Virus record (IMG/VR): IMGVR_UViG_3300010149_000001 | Coordinates: 17,677 to 81,676 of that record | Origin: a virus | Strand: one strand, 5' to 3' | Length of the DNA stretch: 64,000 nt | Shown: positions 39,569-48,500 of the stretch, piece by piece | Layout of the letters: the number at the start of each line of letters is the position of its first letter | How positions within the stretch are numbered: the first letter of the stretch is position 1 | Made by a program: the position numbers and the translations under genes | Notes under the pieces: generated by a model | Database searches by the model: none | Seen by the model: only the letters and a program-made list of their open reading frames with translations | What the model was told of the DNA's origin: nothing

Positions 39569-39949
39569 ATGAGCGACCTCTTGAAACTCACCAAAACCAA
39601 ACTGCTGAAACTTGTTGAAGAAGCAGGTCTGACCGCAGATGCAGAAGCAACCAAAGCAGATTTGGTCGCACTCCTTGAAGCAGTTCCAGAAGAAGCACCA
39701 GCAGAAGTGGTTGAAGAAGTGGTTGCAGAGACTCCAAAAAAAGCAAAGAAGCCTTCTGGTTCTAAGGTCGCACTCGACATGGAACTTCAAGGTGGCGAGT
39801 TCGTTAAGGCGGCTTATCTGGCTATTCTAAAGCGTGAAGCAGACCCAATGGGTCTTGCGAACTACACAGGCGCATTGGCTATGGGTGGCATGACCAAAGA
39901 AGGTCTTGTCGAGGACTTGAAAGCCTCTGGCGAATACGCCGCACTTTGA
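39569..39949 (+). CDS. HeH/Rho-N-like plus DUF4214-like domain protein
   Basis: LTKTKLLKL...TKADLVALL; FVKAAYLAILKREADPMGLANY...SGEY. Confidence 0.7.
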   Translation: MSDLLKLTKTKLLKLVEEAGLTADAEATKADLVALLEAVPEEAPAEVVEEVVAETPKKAKKPSGSKVALDMELQGGEFVKAAYLAILKREADPMGLANYTGALAMGGMTKEGLVEDLKASGEYAAL

Positions 39950-39951
39950 GT

Positions 39952-40341
39952 TCACTCAAACTTGCACATGAATGAACTGCCACAGTCGGTTTGATTCCAA
40001 TCCCAGCGGTATGCTGACATGATTATTGCCATAGCCTCAAAGACTCTTTCACGGTCAGACTGAGTTCCTTCTCCACTCCACATGACGAATCCTTCATATT
40101 TCCAAGCATCTTCTGTGAACCAATCTTCTCCACGATTTGCTTGACGGATTTTGAAAGTGCAAGGTGAATCACCGTTGGTGAATATAATTTCACAGTCCTC
40201 ACGGATAGCAATCTGTTGTTCTGTTATGTCCATCTTGACCCATTCACCAGATGTGAATGTGTTTTCTGGTCGGTTTGGAATAGTGAAAACTCCAATCGCT
40301 TCTGTGGTTGTCATTGTCTGTTGCATGTTGGTTCTGCTCAT
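39952..40341 (-). CDS. Hypothetical protein (early-type cassette)
   Basis: Full promoter element at 40362-40402 on the minus strand. Confidence 0.7.
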   Translation of the reverse strand: MSRTNMQQTMTTTEAIGVFTIPNRPENTFTSGEWVKMDITEQQIAIREDCEIIFTNGDSPCTFKIRQANRGEDWFTEDAWKYEGFVMWSGEGTQSDRERVFEAMAIIMSAYRWDWNQTDCGSSFMCKFE

Positions 40342-40495
40342 ACCCCTGCGTGGGAGTTCCCCCTTATAATATCTTCTCAATCTCAATGGTTTTGTTCCTA
40401 ATTCCCACCTTATTGAAGTCAATACACACCATATTGGTCAGAATAATTGAGATTCCTCCGAAGCCTTGAAGTCCTATCGTGGTTCACACCCCAAC

Positions 40496-41812
40496 ATGGC
40501 AAAGATACTATGGGCGAGCGAACAACCAACCAGACCGACAGGATATGCAATTGTCAGTCGTGAAATAATCAAGCGTCTGGTCAAAATGGGACACGAAGTT
40601 AAAGTCATGGGCTGGGACTACAATGGAGAGAACATCAACCACGAAGAGGGTTGGACAATGGTTCACACAGGTCTGGGCAAGTTTGGTGCAGACAAAATGT
40701 CAGAGGGCGACCCAAACTCTCCATCAGTTCTTGACCTCCATCTGGACAGTTTTCAGCCAGATGTTTTCATCTCTTTGATTGACACTTGGTTCACAGGCCA
40801 CATGGTTCTGTCATGCAACAACAGAGGCATTCCTCACATCGCATACACTCCAATTGATGGAGTTCCAATCTCACACCAATGGAGTCGCATTCTTGGACAC
40901 ACTCACACCAATCTCTGGATGAGCCACTTTGGAAAGCAGACATGGCTCGACTTCGTTGATGAGTTCAAGAGCGACGGCTCTGGACACCCAGAGATGAAGT
41001 TCCCAGACCTTGACCGATACGGATTGAACCCAGAACTTGAGAATCCTGTCATCTGGCATGGAGTGGACACGAAGGTATTCAAGCCAATGTCTCTGTCAGA
41101 CAAAGACATACTCAAAAAGAATCTGGGATTGAACTTCAAGACAATGTTCTCATCGGTTGGTCGCAACACCAATCGCAAGCAGATTCCTCGCTTGCTGGAG
41201 GCTCTCAAACTCGCTCTGGACAAGTGCGGAGACCCACAGGCTCTGGGCTTGGTTTTGCATTGTGGAGACCCAACAGACATGGCAAATATGGGTGGCTGGA
41301 AACTGCCAGACCTCATCAAGCAAATGGGACTCCATGACAATGTTGTATTCTCAGATATGGCATCCAATCCACTACACGGAGTCAGCCGTGAGGACATGGC
41401 AAACATCTTTGGATGCACAGACGCTCATGTTCTGGCGACAGGCGGTGAAGGATTTGGAATCCCATCAGCAGAAGCGATGTCGTGTGGAGTTCCAATCATT
41501 CTGCCAGATAACTCGACAGGTCGTGAACTCGTTGGAGATGACAGAGGCTGGCTTGTTCCATGCTCAGACAGCATCATCGGACCCCGATGGGGTGTCAGAA
41601 TGGGACTTGTTGACATTGAAGAACTCTCAGAGGCTATGTTGCAGGTTCATAACAATCCAAAAGAAGCCAAGAAGCGTGGCAAAGCCGCCAGACAATTTGC
41701 TCTTGAGCATCTGGATTGGGACAACATCACCAAGCAATTTGACGAATTGATTGAATCCAGAATCGGCATGGCTCATCCAATGCAAGCACTATTCCAAGAC
41801 GGTGGCGAATAA
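40496..41812 (+). CDS. GT-B glycosyltransferase, family 4
   Basis: VGRNTNRK and EGFGIPSAEAMSCGVPII. Confidence 0.92.
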   Translation: MAKILWASEQPTRPTGYAIVSREIIKRLVKMGHEVKVMGWDYNGENINHEEGWTMVHTGLGKFGADKMSEGDPNSPSVLDLHLDSFQPDVFISLIDTWFTGHMVLSCNNRGIPHIAYTPIDGVPISHQWSRILGHTHTNLWMSHFGKQTWLDFVDEFKSDGSGHPEMKFPDLDRYGLNPELENPVIWHGVDTKVFKPMSLSDKDILKKNLGLNFKTMFSSVGRNTNRKQIPRLLEALKLALDKCGDPQALGLVLHCGDPTDMANMGGWKLPDLIKQMGLHDNVVFSDMASNPLHGVSREDMANIFGCTDAHVLATGGEGFGIPSAEAMSCGVPIILPDNSTGRELVGDDRGWLVPCSDSIIGPRWGVRMGLVDIEELSEAMLQVHNNPKEAKKRGKAARQFALEHLDWDNITKQFDELIESRIGMAHPMQALFQDGGE

Positions 41813-42228
41813 TGAGCAATAGACACCCCCAGAGGAAGCGAAAACCATCCAAGAGGGATAAGACCCCCAAGACCAAGAAAGAACGCCCTGTGAAGCCTCT
41901 CAAGAAGCCTCTGACCTGTGGCAAGAAACACAGGACAGTCTGTGAGAAGCATGGTCGCCCATGTGTCATCGAAGTCGAGTGGCCTAAAGGCGACTCTCGC
42001 AACCGATACAAGAAGGAATTGATGAAACTTGGCGCACCAGAACACACGAAGGATTCTGAACACCGATGTGAACTCTGTTTCAAAGAGCGATTTGAAAACA
42101 GCCCGTATCAAGACTTGACTGTCGAGGGTCTGGAGGAACTCACAGTCGCACGAATGAGGCGAGGGCAGAACCAGATAACAAACTCTGGCGAGCCAACACC
42201 GTTAAAACCCCCAAACGACACCGAATGA
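41812..42228 (+). CDS. Basic Cys/His-rich hypothetical protein
   Basis: TAATG overlap with the GT4 stop. Confidence 0.6.
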   Translation: MSNRHPQRKRKPSKRDKTPKTKKERPVKPLKKPLTCGKKHRTVCEKHGRPCVIEVEWPKGDSRNRYKKELMKLGAPEHTKDSEHRCELCFKERFENSPYQDLTVEGLEELTVARMRRGQNQITNSGEPTPLKPPNDTE

Positions 42229-42242
42229 GTTAAGGGATTCTC

Positions 42243-42641
42243 ATGGCTATACACTCATTCACAGGTCTTTCTGGAAAAATAACCGCTGGTGGAACTATCG
42301 TTGGATTCGTTTCTGGCGATTTCACTATGGCTCAAGCGACAGGCAAATACATCGAACTTGGTTCAACAACAGGATTCAATCTCAGCCACACTCGTGGTGT
42401 CAAGACTGTCTCTGGAACTTTGAAGAAGGCTTGGGGTATCTCCGACTCCGACCTCTGGACTTGGTTCAGCACCAACGCTGAAAAGACAATCGAGTTTGAC
42501 GCTGATGAACTTGGAACTAATACATACATTATCTCTGGCTGTGTCTTGACTGACCTTGCTATCGAAGGACTTGAGGCTGGTGCTGAGGGTGCTTTGATGG
42601 TGAATGCTTCGTTTGAAGGATTGTCCTTTAACAGAGATTGA
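42243..42641 (+). CDS. Major tail tube protein
   Basis: Beta-rich 132-aa ORF directly before chaperone and tape-measure genes. Confidence 0.7.
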   Translation: MAIHSFTGLSGKITAGGTIVGFVSGDFTMAQATGKYIELGSTTGFNLSHTRGVKTVSGTLKKAWGISDSDLWTWFSTNAEKTIEFDADELGTNTYIISGCVLTDLAIEGLEAGAEGALMVNASFEGLSFNRD

Positions 42642-42652
42642 GGTGATTTAGA

Positions 42653-43018
42653 TTGGCATCGTGGTTGGACTCAACATTGGAAGCGGCTTCTGCCGACATA
42701 GAAGTGGACATGACAGGCGTGGGATTGATGGGCGCAGATGGCAAAGAAGTGCCGTCAATCATGTGCCGACCAATCTCAGCGGCAGAGTATCAGATTCTCA
42801 AATCAGACCCAGAACTCAAAGGTCTGACAGACTCAGACAAGCAAGAACTTCTTGGTCTCAAAATGACATACGAGATGCTCAAGAAGTGCGACGATTCTCT
42901 GACTTGGGGCAAGTTCAAGACTCTGCCTCTCATTCTCATAGGCGAGATTGCTCAACGAGTAGTCAAAGCGGCTGGTTCACCTTCACCAGACGGTGGTGGT
43001 GTTTTGGGGGAATTGTAA
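42653..43018 (+). CDS. Tail assembly chaperone (gpG-like)
   Basis: Position; GAGGTGA SD; ends in slippery TTTTGGGGGAA. Confidence 0.75.
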   Translation: MASWLDSTLEAASADIEVDMTGVGLMGADGKEVPSIMCRPISAAEYQILKSDPELKGLTDSDKQELLGLKMTYEMLKKCDDSLTWGKFKTLPLILIGEIAQRVVKAAGSPSPDGGGVLGEL

Positions 43019-43200
43019 GGTATTCCCACACCTTAGAAGGCCAATTCTATTTTCAATTATTGAAAGAGTTCAGCATGACTCCACAGGAGTGGCGTGAACT
43101 CGACCCTCGTGATGCGGCATTCTTAGCCAATGCCTTTGGTTATTCCAACAAGGTTCAGCGTCAGCATTATCAACAAGCAAAGAGGAAAATGAAGAGGTGA
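43009..43200 (+). CDS. -1 frameshift extension of the tail chaperone (gpGT-like)
   Basis: Open -1 frame running to the tape-measure start; MTPQEWREL segment. Confidence 0.7.
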   Translation, partial: GIVRYSHTLEGQFYFQLLKEFSMTPQEWRELDPRDAAFLANAFGYSNKVQRQHYQQAKRKMKR

Positions 43201-43204
43201 ACTC

Positions 43205-45502
43205 ATGGCTATCAAAGAAGAGTTCAAACTGTCAATGTTGGTCGAGGCCAATACTGACAGATTCAAGAAAGGAATGTCAGAAGTCAATCAAGGTCTGGCG
43301 GCTTCTGGTGGCAAAATGGGCAAGATGGCTCGCATGGGCAAATTGGGTTTTGCCGCTATCGCCACAGCCGCTGTTGCCGCAGGTGCGGCCATTGGAATTG
43401 CTTTCATAATGAAGTCAATACAGAAGTTCGTTGAGTTTGAGGAAACTCTGTTCAGAATCGCCGCCATCTCTGGTGAAACAGGTCTGGCTGGAATTGACCC
43501 ACTCAAGAACAAAATCATGGAACTTGGTGCGGCCACCAAGTCAACCACGACTCAAGTGGCTGAGGCGGCAGAGATTCTGACTCTTGCTGGCTTCTCAATG
43601 GAGGAAATGATTGGAGATGAGTCATCTGGAACGCAAGGTGCGCTTGAGGCTCTGAACAATTTTGCGATAGCGGCTGGAACAGATTTGCCAAACGCCGCTG
43701 GAATCGCCATCGCCACGATGAAAGGTATGGGCAAAGAAGCATCTGAACTCAGAAACATCACAGATATTCTGCTCAATACGCAAGCAAAGACATTCACCAC
43801 AGTCAACGACTTGGGCGAATCCATGAAGTTCCTCGCACCAACGGCGAGAGCATCTGGAATTGCACTTGAAGAAGCGGCGGCGGCGGCAGGTATTCTGGGA
43901 GATGCAGGTCTGAAAGGTTCAATGGCTGGAACAGCCTTGCGTATGGCAATCACGAAACTGCTCAAGCCTTCTGACGATGCCAGAAAATTGATGGAGGATT
44001 TGGGACTTGACTTCTTCACATTGACTCCAGCAGGTCAAGCGGCAAAGAGCGCACTCAGAGAAGTCAGTCGTGGCTTAGAAGCCAGCAAACTTGCGGCTGA
44101 ATCCACCAATGCTCAATTGAAAATACTGAACTCAGAACTCAACGAGATGAGCATTGAGCAACAGACAAACAGTCTGGCGATAATGAAAATCAAGCGCAGA
44201 GCAGAGAAGGAGGGCAGGGAACTCAACAAGAGAGAACTTGACCAAATAAGCCGTCTGGAGGGTGCTAATGCAGACCTCAACATCACGATGGCTGAGAAGC
44301 GCATAACACAGCAACAAGTCAACACAGAGGCTTCTAAGAACAACGAACTCGTGTCTGAACAATCAGCACTATTCTCAGACCTCAACAAACAGGTTGCTGG
44401 TCAGACAACAGGTATCACTTCTCTATCCGATGTATTCCAACAATTGGGTGCGGCTGGTGCAACGACCAACCAGATGCTGGAGATATTCGGCATTCGTGGT
44501 GGAACAGCGGCGATGGCTATGTTGGCAAATGCCGATGCTCTGGATGAATTAACGGCTTCAAACTTTGCCGCACAGGATGGAATGGGGCGAACCTCAGAAC
44601 AAATTGCTGTGATGGAACAATCTGGTGCATTCGCTCTGGCATCTCTGAACTCAAAGTTTGAATCATTCATGCTCATGGTCGGTGAGGTATTCACCCCGAT
44701 ATTGGTTGACAAGGTTATCCCAGCACTCATCAAGTTCATTGACGAGGCTCTGATTCCAATGTTGCCAGCATTCCAAGCACTTGCTGAACAGATGGGAGAT
44801 GTGTTGCCAGATTTGCTGGAGGCTCTTGTTCCATTATTCCTTGTTCTGGCTGAGGTGATTATCGCTCTCGCACCAATTCTGAAACTCACAGCGATGACAG
44901 TTCAATTGCTGATGTTTGTTCTCAAACCGTTCCTTGATTTGCTGGGCGGTATTGCAGAGATGCTGACCGCCATATTTGACCAAGATGCAGAGGCATTCGG
45001 TGAAGGTATGAAGCGAGCATTCGGTGGCCTTCTCAGAATCCTGTTCCCTGTCCTTCACGCTCTGGAGGGCATATTCGGATTCCTTGACAGCACAGGCAAC
45101 AGCGTTGACGAAGCAACAGGCATGAACATCAGCGGTGCGGCCAAAGGTGCGGCTGTGGGTGCTGTGGTCGGCGGACCCGTTGGTGCGCTGGTTGGTGCTG
45201 GAATTGGAATGGCCTTCTTTGCAGAGGGTGGAATCGTCAACAGCCCAACATTGGGAATGGTCGGAGAAGCAGGTTCAGAAGCAATCATGCCGATTGACAA
45301 AATTGACGGCATCATGGCATCTGCTCTCCAACGAGCAGAAACGGGTGGAACAGGTGGCAACAAGACGACTCTCAACATATCGGGTGGAATATCCATTGGT
45401 GAGGGCAATAACCTCAATAAGCGAGATGTCCGTGATGCAGTTAGACAAGCGTTGTCAGATGTGGCTGGCATGAAGTCGAGTGGTGCGAGAGGCGTGATTT
45501 GA
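43205..45502 (+). CDS. Tail tape measure protein (TP901-like core)
   Basis: LGESMKFLAP.A...G..LEE...GILGDAGLKGSMAGTALR; C-terminal FAEGGIV..PT...GEAG.EAI.P. Confidence 0.93.
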   Translation: MAIKEEFKLSMLVEANTDRFKKGMSEVNQGLAASGGKMGKMARMGKLGFAAIATAAVAAGAAIGIAFIMKSIQKFVEFEETLFRIAAISGETGLAGIDPLKNKIMELGAATKSTTTQVAEAAEILTLAGFSMEEMIGDESSGTQGALEALNNFAIAAGTDLPNAAGIAIATMKGMGKEASELRNITDILLNTQAKTFTTVNDLGESMKFLAPTARASGIALEEAAAAAGILGDAGLKGSMAGTALRMAITKLLKPSDDARKLMEDLGLDFFTLTPAGQAAKSALREVSRGLEASKLAAESTNAQLKILNSELNEMSIEQQTNSLAIMKIKRRAEKEGRELNKRELDQISRLEGANADLNITMAEKRITQQQVNTEASKNNELVSEQSALFSDLNKQVAGQTTGITSLSDVFQQLGAAGATTNQMLEIFGIRGGTAAMAMLANADALDELTASNFAAQDGMGRTSEQIAVMEQSGAFALASLNSKFESFMLMVGEVFTPILVDKVIPALIKFIDEALIPMLPAFQALAEQMGDVLPDLLEALVPLFLVLAEVIIALAPILKLTAMTVQLLMFVLKPFLDLLGGIAEMLTAIFDQDAEAFGEGMKRAFGGLLRILFPVLHALEGIFGFLDSTGNSVDEATGMNISGAAKGAAVGAVVGGPVGALVGAGIGMAFFAEGGIVNSPTLGMVGEAGSEAIMPIDKIDGIMASALQRAETGGTGGNKTTLNISGGISIGEGNNLNKRDVRDAVRQALSDVAGMKSSGARGVI

Positions 45503-45503
45503 T

Positions 45504-48500
45504 ATGGCAACATTCAAGCAAGACATCATCGCACCATTCTCACGCAGATTGAATGGTCTGTGCGAGATTCAGAAGTGGTTTCCAGCGTATATCAAGAATG
45601 ATGGTGTCTATGGAATATCGGTTGACCCTGTTCTATTCTCAACCACTTTCAATCCAAACCTCAAGGCTCTGACAGGCGACGGTCTTGATGACGAATCCAG
45701 AACTGCTGGAATCAGAGTCGAGATGATAAATCACGATGGCTCAACACCATCTGGGACTCCAACCATCCAGATTCTTGGCTCTGGAACTCTCGACGCTCGA
45801 TGTGTCATCACTTGGGAGGACAACAGCAAGACTGAGTTCAGATTCGTCGCACCCAGCGGAGATGTCAAATTGGCAAATGTGTATGGGATGCAGAACCACG
45901 CTGGGGCTGGCGGTATGGAACAAGGGATTGACACCAGCCCAGACACTCCAACGATGAACTATTCAGCGGGCCCATATCCCGTTTTCATCACACTCCAAGA
46001 GTTCGCTTCGTGGCTCGATGGCAACATCAACAGATTCGACAAAGCGTTTGTTGATGCGGCTGGACTTATTTTTTCTGACCAATCAACAAAGGATGCTTGG
46101 TTGCCATTTGGTTTAATCACACCAACCACATCGTCAAATCCAGAGGCTCACCTCGACCCCCGTATTGACTCCAATAACAACGACCCAATTCCTTACCAGA
46201 GCAAAATGTGTGCCACACTCTGGATGCCGATGTTGTATGACAACAATCAGATGGAAAAAACGCAAGGCTCTGGGACAAGCAACGACATCGTGCAAGGTGC
46301 TTGGGATGGTTCTGCGGCTGAGGATGGGTCGAACAACACCAACACATACAGGAACATGTATGATGAGGGAATGACCAGATACAGCCAGCAACCAGAGGAT
46401 GGTGCTGAATACAAATGGATAAACGACGCTGGCGACTTGAGAACAGGCGAGTATGCAAACATTCCAAGAAACGACCCGATTATGAATCCAGCAAATCAGT
46501 TTGACTACATCAACAACGACATCACTCCAGCGGCATCAGCGAGTGCCAATCCAAGTTTCAGAATGAGAAGCGCATTGGCTTGCTTCTTGGCAGATGGAAC
46601 ATACAATCTCATCGGTGGTTCAATCATCCCGTATGTGTATGATGATACAAGAAAAATTGGCGGCAGAGATGGGACAACCGTGTATTCAGTTTGGAACGGT
46701 CAAGGAGGCAAGGACTTGACCAACACCGAACTCTTGAATGTTGACACAGACAAAATGTCGTCTGCTCAGATTCACCCTCTCTATGACTTCATTCAGGGCC
46801 CGCTTTGTCCACCAGCACAAGGCTGGAATTGGGACAACGATTTGAACTATAATTGGCTTGAATGGCTGAATATGACAACGGCTCTCAGAAGCAACAGGAT
46901 TGAGTATGATGCTGGCGATTGGGACAACGCTGTCCAGAATGCAACGACCAGAGTTCAACCCAGAAGTGGAGTGTGCAGACCCAATCCAATTCGTGCAAAA
47001 ATCTATGCGGCTCAACAAGTCAGTTCTGCTGGAACAAATACAATCACGACCTCTGGTTCAGCCGTGATGGTCATGGAGGTTTTTGTTGAAGCCCATCCCA
47101 ATGCGGCCAAAGAAAATGTCTGGAAGGTTGGAATGCCAATTCACATGAAGTTTGCCTCTGGCATATTCGCAGAAAAGGTGGACAGCAACGATAATCCACT
47201 CATCAGAAACATCAAAGGAACAGCAGGTTTCATGACATTGGACACAGGGCTTGCTGGTGTCAATCCTCTGCCAAACTTTTCAATGACTCGATACCCAAGC
47301 ACCACCAGCGAGATTGGAGGCGCAAACACTACAAGCACAGGAGATAACTTCTGGTCTGGCAGAAACGGTTGGTGGATAATCAATCAGATAACAACACTCA
47401 CCAACGAGCCAAAGAGCGACATCGTTTCTGGTGCAACAGGGTCATTCACAGGAGTCAAACTTTCATTCGTCGTCAACGCAACCAATGACACAGGCAATCC
47501 CACGAACATGAGGATGGGAGTCGAGACACCATCATCATACATCAGTCAAGGCATCATGGGAGGCTCTGAGATGGTCTATGGAGGCAAGTGGGAGTATGGT
47601 GGCACTCCAATCACACACGATGGCTGGAAACAAACCAATCTGAACCAGAATGGAATCACGCCATACGGACAACCTGCTCTCTCCCCTGCTGGCACAGCAC
47701 CTCGACTTGGAAGCCGCAGACAGATGGGAATGAACAAGTATTGTATCGTTCCTGTTGGATATAATTCAGAAGGCGCAAGGATGGAGGGTCTTGGCACAGG
47801 AGTGGGCTTTGATGGAGGGATTGCTGGCGCATCCAATGTTCCAGCGTATGCCAATCAACAATGGCGATTCCCCAATGCAGTTTGCCTCGACCCAGCATCA
47901 TTGTATCTGGGTTCATTGGATGGATATAACGAGACATTCCCTCAACCATCTCCAAGAAGCACTTTGCTCACATCTGGAGATAGCGACGGATTGGTCAATA
48001 TCCCAACAGCGAACTCATATTCTGGCAACATTCTCAGACTCTCCGCACCTCAAACATTTGGTCATGCCAACATGTATTATTCAGTCTCTCAGCCAGAGGA
48101 TTTGTCGTTTGGAACTTTCTATATCGCAGGGGATTTCCCTCTTCTGGGCGCACCCGTCAATGACGATGCGTTTGGTGATAATTGGGAGGCGTGGAAACAT
48201 ACCAACCCAGAAGGATATGACGATACTCAGTATCAAACTTATCAAGGTTCAAAGTTTGGAAACTCACCTCGCTGGATGAACAAATCTCTGACTCTGTTGT
48301 TGATGAGCAAGTTCGACCAAGCCACAGGCAGACACGCACACGACTACATCAAACCCTCGATGCCGAGCAACGGCAGAAACATGGTCTGGCCTATCCATGA
48401 GCGTGTTGGAACTAAGAAAGGGTATGGCAATTTTCAAACCATCCAATCATGGGGTGCTGAAAACAAAGACAAGACAATCGTTGGGAACAGAACAATTGGC

